From Pocillopora damicornis (taxonomy: Eukaryota): a DNA stretch of 64,000 nucleotides. Each line of letters begins with the position of its first letter. Position 1 is the first letter of the stretch. This document shows, piece after piece, positions 1-12,300 of this stretch. The notes below the pieces were generated by a model, which ran no database searches, was not told where the DNA came from, and saw only the letters and a list, made by a program, of their open reading frames with translations. A program made the position numbers and the translations under genes. Location: the NCBI RefSeq assembly GCF_003704095.1, contig NW_020844487.1:186001-250000 (forward strand). Reading direction: 5' to 3'.

Positions 1-588
1 TGTAGCCGATCAGAACAGGATACTGGCTTTTAACCAATCGAGAGCGAAATCCAACCGTAAATGCGTGACAGTTTCCCGCGCTCACTACAAATAGCGCAAA
101 AGCCATTAGACACTACTTGTTTGGTTCAGAAAGGTCTATAATCTGCATATTTTCTCTCCCTAACAGACCGTAAAAATCACATGTTGGCGAAGGTTTAGTG
201 CAGACATTTTCAGCTCTTCTTCTACCGTTTCCCACACTAGCGCGACACTGGTGACGAGTTCATGCTCGCGCTTGATCCTAACATTGAGATAGCGCATGAA
301 AAAGCGTCCAACGACGCAGCAATATGCCGTGGAATTCGGAATCTTGCATCAAAACACGAATCTTAAGATGATGAGAGAATTTAACACTGTCACCAATCGT
401 GAGTAATATCATTTGCGCATTAAATATCTTTTAATTTAAGCATAGTGCAACTGCAATAATTTGCATTTAAAGGCGGAATAGCATAAAGAAAAATTCATCA
501 GAGGTGCAACAGTCGTGCAATCCAATCCTGTCTCTGATACTAGTTTATACAGGCTATTCTTGATCATTTTTGAACAGAAGTGTGGCTA

Positions 589-3500
589 TCAGTCGTCATT
601 CTTCAGATTCTCTCGGTCTTCAAACTGTTTATCCACCGTCCATGAAAGCGCACTCAGAAAGGCTGCCAACGCGACAGCAGGAGTCTGGGTAGAAGATAAA
701 AAATACGAAGTTTGTACAGAATGATGATACCCCGCCTCAAGGGCCCGCGACGTTCATGAATGAAATCTAGCTTGGAAAACAAATTCAGTTTCTTTTTTCC
801 TTTGAAACCGTTTCTTCTCCAGCCCTACTCTAATACGTAATGATTCTTAGGATCTTCCTGAGTTAAGCTTCGAAGAAAACCTAGAGACTACGCTGAGATG
901 CGTTACACCTCAGGTCGCACCTGAAAACGTGTCAGAAAACAAGAACAAAACCGAAGGTAAAACAAGACGGTAAAAGCATAGTTAAGAATGGAGAGCTTGA
1001 CGCACATTGTAAACGACATACCAGCAAAATTTAGGAATACATTTTCAACTCTAGTGAGAGGTAATGAACTCATCCTTGTATCAAAGATGGAAACTCTAGC
1101 AACACGTATTTGACTCGGGAGAACACAAACAAACAACTTGAACAGCACAAAATTCCCCTAATTTACAGCTTGAACAGACCTGAACGTGTCCAGCATGTGC
1201 CAAAAATGGAATCTTTCTGAGGGTCCTGCCACTCAGTCCATGACTCTTCCTGTAGCAAATTAATGTAGAATATCAAATACAGGCCAACACAATTTATTGT
1301 TCTTCAACAAGACACAGGTAAATGTGAACAGAAAGATGTTCATCTTTCAACGACTTTACTTGTAAACAAAGTTCTCATGAGGATTCTTAACCAATTTCTG
1401 ATTTCGGATATACTTTGCGAGAAACTGCCACAAAACCTTAAAGCAAGTTACGCCAGAAGCTTAAAGACTGCTTTTAAGGCCATACACTAGGTACAGAGCT
1501 GACCAGCGCAGTACATGCTGCTACGATCAGCAGTATCAAAGGTGTCCTGTGTAGAAATAGGGAACGACACTTTGTCAACTTTAAACGTTAACAATATAGA
1601 CAGTGGACAAACTCTATGAGACCAACCTCGCTATTTCTAAAAGCTCCAGGCTTAAGTTTGTAGCATCATTATGGACAAAACTGAGAAAGAAAGAACAAAA
1701 TTAGAATTTAAAATCATTTCACCGAAAGGGAATTAGCTACGAGCCATTAGAACTCATTACAGTACAGTCAGGAGTTATATTATCGTCTTTGCGTTCTAAC
1801 AGTTCATCCGAACACAGAAGACCCTCGCCGAGGGTCATCATAAAGGAATGGAATAGCTTTTAACTGCAAAAACGGACTCCTCCAATAATACCTCGGATTG
1901 TTTCCGTTGTCATTGGTAGTCCGAATTGGCGGGGTTCTACAATGCGTCCATTGAGCTTTCTAATTTTTTACGATTTATAAGAAGACACCCACTTTCTGAA
2001 TGCAGATTCTGTGATAGCGGAAGACGTTCGTTAAAACAACAACTCACCGTAACACTTCCAAGTCCCTGTTCGGCAATTCCGTTGGAAAAAGGAAAGAATA
2101 TATTCTGTTAGCATATTGTTATTATGTTTAAAGATTACCCACCAGTAACAGGGTAAATTAAGAGATTATCAGGCTAAGAGACTGAATCTTCACGTGACCC
2201 TTACTCCCACGATGATATGTCATTTTTAAATCACTCCCATAATCGGAGATCCCAGCAGACAACCAATCCTGTGTCGTGAATTTTGCTTACGAGGCCATCC
2301 CATGCAACGCGTTCTTCACCGAAACATTCAGGATGCCCGGGCGATAGATGTTACATTAGGTTTCGTAAAACCAACAAACAAAGTTACCACAACTATCAAT
2401 CAACACAAACGAAAATATCCTCAGGAGCAAGTGAGAACTCAAAGCGAAAACAAGCAAACTGCCTGAAGCCAAGCACTTTTGCATCTGATTGGTTGAAGTA
2501 ACGGGGGCCAGTTTTCTAGACCAATCACAGATCGTAGTAAGGCAACCCAATGCAATCCCGGATTACTTCCAAAACACAATTGGAAATTGCCTTATACTAG
2601 GGATACCGGTTACCTTGATTCTAAAGAAAATTCTCTAATTTTCTAAAGAGATTCCGCTTGGAGCGAGCCCTCTATGGGTGGGGAGGGGGGGAAGGGGGGG
2701 GGTCAGTCTCTGGTTAATCTTCCCTTGAGTAAAACAACAAGAGGATAACAATTCACTGGAAAAGCACAAAAATGATAGAGCAAACCTTATGCCAAGTATC
2801 TGTTGCACAGGAGAAATTATCCCTGCCTGGAAAAAGAACAACAAACGTATAACATCAACAATAAATGAATGACACCTTCTCGATGACAAATCCGTTATAC
2901 TCTTACCCTCATAAGCTCAGCGATGCAGGAATGATATATGGAAAATATTGCATTTACAGACGGAGGTCCGATGTACTGTTTGATATCTGCCCTGTTGATT
3001 GAAAGAAAGAAATGACGCCAGAATAAAATCAACAATAACAATAACAACAACAACAACGCAAAAATAACAAACAAATTCATCATATCCATTGTAGATGACT
3101 AAAAATGAAGGGTTCCATCCGTTTTACCACTGGACCTCCGAAACCATCTTCATTTACGTTGATAAAAGAAAGCTAAATCATGAAACCTTACTGAATAAAT
3201 CGCAAACTCGCGTTTCCAAGGTGGAAGACCTTGTGAAGGTTATTCATTAAACTGCAGTGTAAGCGGGCTGTTTTATTGAGACGCACATCCGAAAAAAATT
3301 GCATTAAATCTCCACTAAACATACCTGTCCACAAATGCCAAGTCTATGGCTCCAGTTACATTAGAGGTGGTGAGGATAATTACATTAGGATACCTGAAAA
3401 AGCAGTAGTGCGTCTTTTATTAGGCAGGTGGTGCCATCATTTTCGAAGACATAATACGTTAATAATAACTGTTCTATTAGACTGTCGTTCGTATTATCAT

Positions 3501-6500
3501 CGTGGACAAGAAATTGAGGGAAAGAGTAAGAGCATTGAAAACGTAATACGGAAAGGTAGAAGGACAGCTGAAAAATAGGCAGGATAAGAAACGAGAGCGG
3601 ACAGAGTGAGAGAAATCTTACAAGGAGAAAGGGCGAGAGTATAAGAAGCGATGGAACAAAAGAATCGAGATTAAAAATAATGAGTACATATAACTGAGGG
3701 AAAAAGTGAGGGGAAGTCGAGTGAAAAGCATACAACGAAAGTGGATGATGATAAGGCAACAAGATCGGAACAAGAAAAAAATATATGATAACACTTAGAA
3801 TTCCGAGCAACTTCTCGTGTCTATTACAGAGGTTGTTTCGTCGATCAAATTAGAGACTAATTGACGAGTACATTAAGAGTAAGACAAAGGCTGAGTTTTG
3901 TCATCCACTGAGCTTTTCAATCAGGATAGAAACCCGAATCGTAGTCACACCTTTGATGCATCGAGAGAAACAGTCGCATACATGTGTCCGTGGCGAGGAT
4001 AGGGAGCATGAGAAATTCCTGATGTTTTTCGCTGTTGTTGCCGTGCAAAAGATGTTGTGTATGTAGACGAATGAATCAAGGACTCACAAGTCTCCAGCTT
4101 TTGTGGAGAAGTGTCTCTAATGATATTTTAAAAGGACATGTTCCTTCGTGTGGACAAAGAGGAACTGTGTGTCTACAGTTCCTTTGTCTAGATTCCCTCC
4201 AAGCACATCAGAATCAAAGATTTTTAAGAGAATCTTCAATTTTACTCGAGTAACTCGGTCGCCTGTATAAGCTTATAGTGAGCCCGTCTCACTAGCCTCG
4301 GTTGACCGACTGGTTGAAGTCCATGGAGAAAATTGTCAATAAAGACCTTGGTGGATTATAGAGTGATTACCTTTTAATGTGATCAATTTGTGTAAGCAGA
4401 GCATTCACTACTCTTATTGCATCTGAGGGCTCCTGGCCCTGCATCGCAGACTTCCGAGCTGCAGTCAAACTCTCAACCTGCCAGTTCACATAATGTCGCA
4501 TAATTGAATGTCTTAAAACGGGTGTGTAACCCCCGAGGGGAGGTACATTAAATTAAACATTACATTTCGGTAAATTTTTGTTGGGTATGTGCTGCTAGCC
4601 TCTCAGAACCTTTTTCTCGTTATAGTCTATTCTGTGGCCAATTAAAGACCTCGCCTTCGTCACTTTCTGTACTTGTATTCTTCCTTACTCTCAAATCCTT
4701 TCTTACCAGGATTTTCTTACCTCTAAAATACCAAAAATGTGCAACCCCTTTAGGTAATAGTTTAGAAAATACAACCCCATTACAGTCAATCCAGTTGAGA
4801 AAATGCAACTCACCCAGTGGTACATCCCCATAAACCAATTACTAGGAAGTAGCCCCCTCCCCCACTCATCCATGGTATTACCCTTAATTGCATTAACAAG
4901 AATGACAATTCAACAGAGCCAAAGAAAAGAAAAAGGGTTTTAAAGTGAACTTCAGAAGATATGTACCTCATCGATCAAGACACAAACCAGTGCATCTTTG
5001 TCATCAATTAGTTCTTGGATTTTCTGGAACATCTTCATCACAAGCTTGCCACTCTGTTTTGATCAAGAGTGCAATATAATTAAATGAAAGCAAAACAAAA
5101 TAGAAAACTGTACAATGCTTAAACACTTGAAAAAGACAAAAAGAAATTGTAAAAGTATGACACTAGAGCTTTCCTCTGAAAACCACTTTGAAAATAAGCT
5201 ATGGCTGTTGATCTCTATCAGCTGCCCATATGAATACCTAGGAAAACAAACAAAAGAAATAATACTATGGTAAAAGAACATTCAAAGAATCAAATTGAAC
5301 ACAGTAATTAATATTTCTAAAAATGATATATATTTCCTATTTAAAGACTAATAATATTTAACGAAACAGGCAGCAGCATGGCAGAGTTGTTTGGGTGCTG
5401 AACTTGTTGTTGCAAGTCCAATTTTTCCAGGGTTTTCAGTAGCGTCTGAAAGTGCCAGATGCAGTGGTTCAGCTGGTGGATGTACACCATTTGTGCTGCT
5501 GATGTGAACGTTGAGTGCCGGAGGCACAAACTCCTTAGGGATCCGGGGGCATGCCCCCTTGGGAAATTTGTAAAATTGGACTCTCTAAAATAGAATTTCC
5601 TGCACTCCCTGAGATGATTTACAAATGAAATGTGAGAAAGACTGATTTAGGCAGATGCTCTCTGATCAAAGGTCAGGGTCAGTTGTTGGTTAACTTGTCT
5701 GGTCAGTTATAGCTGGCAGGGAGGGGGGAAGGGATGGGGAATGATGAATAATCATTTTATCATACATGTGTATGATAAGAATTATCTCTTTTTTTCAAAT
5801 GTATGCATTACATAACTAAGTGAGTAAAATAAGAGTCAAGTCTTTCTTTGGTTAATAAATGGGAAAACAATTTTCATATTTAAAAAAATTATTATTTCGT
5901 GTGTGAAGTACCAGATGTTACATGTCAAACAACTAAACGTTGCGTCTTGCATCCAGCCTAAAATGAAACCCCTAACTTTCCACCTTGCTGTACTCAGCAC
6001 ACTTAAACTTAGTTGTTACCAGTTTAACTCTCTGGCTGCAGTTTTTCTAGAATCAGCCAGCTACTCTGCCCCCAGTCATTCATGGTTTTGGATGATTTAC
6101 TTCAATCTATTGTTTTGAAATACTTTTTCCAATTTTTGTTTTAATTAGCCCAGGAGTGGTGATCATTGATGCATGTTGCTTAACAATTTTCATTGTTATT
6201 TTAACTATACTATCATACTGCCTCACCGATCTGACAATCTAATGCTCAGTTTTTGAGCCAGAGCCTTGCAAAGGGATGTCTTCCCAGTTCCTGGCGGACC
6301 TTGTGTGAAAAAAAAAATTTACTCTACTCAGTCAATCATGAAATTTCTTGCTTTTGGTTCCACCCTAAAACAATTCCCAAAATTTTTCATCAGACTCATC
6401 ATAACCCACACTGTAGTCCAAGACTTTTCAGGCCTGGAAAATCCTAAATTCCATGACAGTCACTAACCCAGCCAAACCCTGCCATTTGGAGCAAAAATAT

Positions 6501-9099
6501 CAAAATTCTTACCTACAAATTTCTTTGAGTTAGATGGTAAGTTTTTGGCCCTTCGTTGGAACATTAGCCCTGCAATATTTGCTCTCACAAACGGATACTT
6601 CTTGGAACATCAACTTTAGAAACTCTTAAATTCTTAAGTTCACTCTATTGCTATCACCAAATAATCTTGTTCTTGCTTACCCTTAATCTGTTAAAAGGAA
6701 CAATTTTTATCCCTAAACTGAGAGAACACTGCAATCTCTCTCTACCCTTACCATGAAGGAGAATCACTCTATTCCATGATATTATGTTACTGTTCACACC
6801 CCTACACAAAACAAAGATCATTGCATTGTCAGAAGTGCAGATTCTACAAAAAAACTGAAAATTAACAGAGAAATGGGGAATTCTCTTGTCCCAGTGAAAT
6901 TTCAAGTGAAATCTCTTGCTCAATCTTTTCTTTTCTCTTGCTCAAAAATTGACAGGGTTGTAGAGAAGTAATTTCTTTCAATGTCTGACCCTGAGTCTGG
7001 ATCTTTATATACATTCACAATGCTTTTTTTTATGGATTCCTCTTTAATTTGATATTCATCAACAGTATCTCTTCTAATCCTTCATCTTAAAGTTATTCAA
7101 TGGTGCATATCAAGTAATAATAATTTCTGAGTTAAATAACAATTTTTGCCCTATCTAAGGTATAAAAAACATAGGAATAACGGTTATTCCATGCCTGTCT
7201 GAGAAGAGTAATGTTGTCATTGCATAGTTTATCAGCTGTAAAAGAAAAGAAAGAGAAGAAAATATCACAATCGTGATCTCAATATCAAAAACAACACAAG
7301 TTAAGAAAATTAAATTGTTTTCTCACCTGGGCTTTGACATCTGAATCAAAGATCAGACTTTCCCAAATTCCATGAAAATCATCTGAAAAAAGAATGTTTT
7401 TTTGTCAAATATTGAGGTGACTTGGAGTCCTTCATCAAATAAATCAGTTACTACCATTTCAGCAAAGATCTTTCTTCTGGTAAGAGGGTTACTGCTTACA
7501 CAGCTAAACTCACATTCAGGGGTCCAGAGGCTAATAGTTTCAAAGTTTGCAAATAGCCAACTGGTTGGCTTCCTATGAGTTGGCATTTTAACCCCACAGC
7601 CTTTGGACTACATCTGACATTGCTAAGATTGAATAGAGATTATGATAATCATAAAAATTATCTTAGATAATATTTATATTTTATCAACTGGAAATGGACT
7701 GACTGAGGCTCATACCGGAGGGCAGAAGCCAATGATTTGCTGCTGCTATGTCTTCTTCCAGCTCTTCTGTTGCTGGCCCATCATCATGCAATTGGAAAAC
7801 ATGGATTGCAAGTTTGCAATTCTTGAGATTACTCTGTTTAAAATAGAAAAAAAGAATGGTGACATTGATGTATTGATATGACTGTAATTATATATGTGGA
7901 AAGCCATACTTTTGGTCATGTCTTTAGGCAAGTATAGAATCATGGCTCCTGAGGTCCAAACTGCAATCAACACAGAACTTCTTAAAGACTGTAGTCTGAA
8001 ACAGGGATTCACTTAGGTCTCTTTGTCTGGAATATGTAATTTTTTTGATTCCAGAAGAGCAGTTTTCATTTGATTATCAAAAGTAATCCTAGAGTTCTTT
8101 GGCTTTGCTTTACTTCACTCTGTGATTGGTCTAGAAAAATTAAGCTACCATCTCAACCAATCAAGTGCAAAACTAAAAACAATCCCTGTTCTTTTAAAGC
8201 AGGTTGCCTGTTTTTACTTTGAGATCACATTGTTTAATGATAATGTGAACCTTCCTTCTAATTGGTAATGTTCAGTTGTGATTAATTTTGTTTTGGTTTT
8301 GACACTCATTGAAAACTTCTCTAAAATACAAGCCTATTATTGTCTTAAAGACATTATCTTAACTTGTTTGCAGGTGACAATAATGTTTACCTTTGTTTTG
8401 ATCGGTAATGTTCAGTTGTGATTAATTTGGTTTCGACATGCAACTTAAAAACTTCTTTAAAATACAAGATTAATTGATTGAAAGACTTTATATGAAGTAA
8501 TAAGCATTATCTGTTTACCTGTCTCTCTTTAGACACCAAATCTGTGTCACAGACACTCACAGATTTCACATGTTCTGTCAAAAATCCATCTGTGAATTCC
8601 GTGAAGGTAGTGTCACCATAAACAGTTGCTTCACACATCAAAAATTTCCTCACATGCTCTTTTATAACAGCAGAGCGAGCTGTACTATGTGTGCAAAGAT
8701 TGAAAACAAGGTTTTATTCACATTACTAAAAAAAGTTATTTTTATTCAAAGTATTCTCTTAAATAGATAAATACAGACACATGTTGGGTTTAACTTAACA
8801 CTGTCTTTTCTTGAAGCATGTCAAACTTTGCACTCGGCTGTAATGTCTTCAACTTATAAATGTAAGTCTTTCGGGAATTCTTGCATCCTAAGTGTTAACT
8901 TTTTGAAACACAAACTAGGTAATCCGCCGTCAGTCTATAAAATTTACGAGAATCTTGGATCTTTAATAATAATTTAATTTTTTACTATCATTTCGACCAT
9001 CGACTAAACTTACCTGCATGGATCTTGCAGGACTTCAGCATGGTAGATTAGAGGAGCTTGAAGAGGTAGAGCCTCCGAGAGATCATGTACTTGCTCCAT
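589..9099 (-). CDS. TRIP13: Pachytene checkpoint protein 2 homolog / thyroid receptor-interacting protein 13, AAA+ ATPase; 17 coding exons, ~426 aa
   Basis: Manually spliced exons (5'->3' on minus): 9099-9014, 8684-8519, 7833-7716, 7382-7327, 7235-7195, 6801-6752, 6299-6227, 5237-5174, 5053-4967, 4477-4371, 3393-3325, 2991-2907, 2826-2786, 2065-2048, 1680-1627, 1249-1180, 684-589. Total 1281 nt with all phases consistent. The translation contains [26 protein letters not shown] (Walker A), [36 protein letters not shown] (Walker B), [33 protein letters not shown] and [16 protein letters not shown], all matching TRIP13/Pch2. Confidence 0.97.
2380..2592. repeat. Dispersed repeat family rich in CCAATCA/TGATTGG (other copies ~8060-8320 reversed, ~13540-13835, ~36980-37235, ~45740-45980)
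   Basis: Shared blocks such as CTGATTGGTTGA, TTTTCTAGACCAATCACAGA.CG.AG and CCAATGCAAT...GGATTACTT recur at these positions. Confidence 0.65.
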
Positions 9100-9397
9100 A
9101 ATAGGCGTTAATCTGATCTTACCAGTTTTTTACTGTTCTTAATCCTTCAAACATCCTTAATTTTCAAAGATACTCATTGCGGAAAAAAGATCTCGTTCAA
9201 ATTTTTGCGCCAAGAAATATGAGCATGCACTACGTCCCAGCGGGCTCTTGTAATATGTACATGCGTTCATAGCAGGAGATAGTTCTAAACAGCGGATAAG
9301 AACAAAAACATAAGCGCTCCGGGATATGCGCAGTTTCCGTTTCCGGAAGTCCCGCGCCACATTTGAACGGCACAGTTTACAGTGAAATTTAGCAAAT
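9100..9397. promoter_or_regulatory. Bidirectional promoter of TRIP13 and CEP76 with E2F/CDE-CHR elements and an ETS site
   Basis: 298 bp between the divergent ATGs. Minus strand TTGGCGCA-AAAA-TTTGAA (9213-9196), plus strand TCCCGCGC-CACA-TTTGAA (9350-9367), ETS core CCGGAAGT (9343-9350). Confidence 0.7.
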
Positions 9398-12300
9398 ATG
9401 GCTCTTCCTTCAGAAAAAGTTCATGAACTCAAGCAGATCATTCACAGTCATGTATCCCAAATGAACGTGCATTCTAGGATCAGGGACTGCGTGGATGAAT
9501 CGTTCCGCGGGGAAGAGGCTGAAAGTGCAGGAATCGACGAAGCAGGACTATTGAACGCATTGAAAGAACGAGGCATCGTTGATGATGTGATGAATACGCT
9601 TAAGTTCGAAGGTCTTGAAAGAGATCCGGGACGATCAAAGGATAAAAGGAGGGTGAATGCCTTAGAGGAAGTCCCAGCAAGGGGTAATAGCATGTTACTC
9701 TAGGTAGCTATGGCCGAGCTTTAGAATGTATGTGTAAACGATGCAAAACGTTTGTAAACAAACAACTGTTTCCGATTTTTTGAAACGCGATGGCAGCATG
9801 CGTATCTACATGTACATTCGTGTATATCTTTTAACGAATCAGAGTCCCTTTAAAACGTTTTGCACGTGTGTTTCATAGAAGTTTTGATGAAATTTGAGTG
9901 ACTCTTATCTTTTCGGTTTTAAAAATGGCTTAACTCTGCAATTGAATGTTCCATATGAGGAAACAAATGTGCTAGATTAGTTAAGTTTATGAAATTGCAA
10001 ACGAAAATTTTTGTTCTACACCCTTTGATTAATATTGTAGAACTAAAAGCTTATCATTCATGTCCCTACTTTAAGCATCTACCCTACCAATTATGATAGT
10101 TTTAACAGATACACCCTGTAGTAAGGCATTGCCGATTCAGTAGTTGGTTTGAATCCAGGAGCAACATTTGATCCTGTAGTTTGATCATCCAGGTCAGAGT
10201 GGTGCTCCTGAGAAGGACTGCTGTTGGTTGTGGTGACTGATTTTTTTATAACCCTAGCAGAAGTTATTATCACAGTCAAGTGATGACTTGTTTGTTAAGT
10301 CAGAGTTGTAAATTTGATTGATGTAATAGTCCTGTTGACAGAACAGAGGCACCTAACTTCAAGATGGATCAAAACTGGGCAATCTCCACTGTTTATAACT
10401 ACCTGAGTCTTTCAATAACATCATGGCAAAACTGACCAATTCCAGCAAGTTATTGCTTCCTGTTATTGCTGACTTTTTATGTACTTTTCAGTTGGTGTGG
10501 ATCCCACCAGGCGTTACCTATACCTGCAAGTGTTAGGAGGCAAAGCATTTTTAGAACATCTGCAGGATCCTGAACCACTGCCAGGAAAAGTCACATCCAC
10601 ATTTACTTTGTATGTTCACTTTAAAGGACAACGATTTAAGTCCAGACCTGTTCCTTGTGCATGTGAACCAGACATAAATGAAGGTAAATGAATAAAGGGG
10701 GAAAGTTTCTGAAGAAACTGTGGTGCTGTGTCAGTGGGAGAGTATAACAGAGTAATTTAGCATTATCAACTGACTGGATAATGTAAATTGGTCACCAAAA
10801 AGAGTTTCAAAGCTGACACTTTAGGATGAAGGGCTAATGCTCGAAAAATCAGCTTTGAAACTCTTTACTGTGACAAACAAACAAAGGTATTCAGTTTTAC
10901 TTATGATTTAATGTACTGTTGGTCTTATCAAGTGAGAGATGTAGTGACATATTGGTTAGTGCCTTGGACTCCAGGTTGAGGGGTCCAGGTTTGAATCTTG
11001 GCTGAGTCATTGTGTTGTGTTCTTGGGCAAAACAGTCTACTTTCACTGTGCTTCTCTCTACCTAGGAGTAAAAATTGGTACCGGTAAATTTTCAAGGAAG
11101 CTTGATGAAATACTTGGGGGGGCAACCTTGCTATGGACCATTCCATTCTATCGAGGGGCGAATAGTCATACTCCTAGTCACTTCAGGAAACAGGAATAAG
11201 CTCTGTCTTAAGGGGCAACTTGGCTTGAGAACAGACTTTGCTTTACTTATCAAAATCCTGTCCTTTTGGCTACTATGGCTTCCTTTTTATTTCTCACTCA
11301 ATATGTTTTCCGCAGGATTTTTGCTGGAACTACAAAAGGATGGTGGCAAAATGGCTGATGCAGCAACTCTTCTATCAATCTCAGATTACATTCACTTAGT
11401 CCTTATTAAAACAGATCCCTCAGGTGACACAACATTGATTGGTTCGCATTTCCTTCCATGGAGAGACATTCTGTCTGCAGCAAATGGAAGGTTAACATCT
11501 GCCGTGGAAATAAATGGTGTAGGGGCAGAGGCTAAAGTGCCGATGGGAATACTAGAGATTAAGTTTGAAATAATTCCAAGGTTGAGTCAGGTGAGGTTAG
11601 ACATGTATGTGCATGAACAGCTGTTTTCATTTCTTTTACTTGCATATCATCAGCAGGTCAAAACATGAGTTGTTTTAGTTAATGGTCAGAACATTCTTTT
11701 ACATAGCTGGTAGAAGTACCTTGATGGTATCTGAGAAGTACAGTGCATCCCATGAAAGCCTGATTTTTGTCAGACCTCTTTGTCTCTGAGTTCTTTAATT
11801 ACAGTTTCACATGCAAGGACTGTTTTGTCTCCATAAAACATGCTATAAAGAAAATACTTTGGTTTCAAAATTTCAGATCTTAACAAAAGAGGTAATCTCA
11901 GCACAAGTAAACTTGGAACACTCCAGAATAGCAGAAAGAGAGAGACTTTTCTTGGTATATGCAAAACAGTGGTGGAAGGAATTTCTACAGATACGTGCCT
12001 CTCATAGTAACAGACTTGTGAAAATTTTTGCTCAAGATGAGTGTGGTACCAATCGTCCTGTCTGCTCATTTGTGTGTCCTCTCCGCGCAGGGAGATTACT
12101 TGACAGCCCTCGACAGGCTGCCAGGTTTGTCAGTCTATTAGGGTATGAGCATGCTCCATCTGTTGGTGGTGGAAGGGCAGAGATGTGGAGCAGTTTGCAT
12201 GCATTTCTCTGCAAAGGAAAAGGGGTAAGTAATGGATTAATAAGTTCAAAGAAATGGAATTTTAATGAACAGATTTAGGAATAAAAAATGTTGCTATTTA

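Noticed and set aside
3385-3810. 141-aa hydrophobic ORF on the minus strand
   Set aside because: It is a translation of a pyrimidine-rich stretch of a TRIP13 intron with no recognisable motif.
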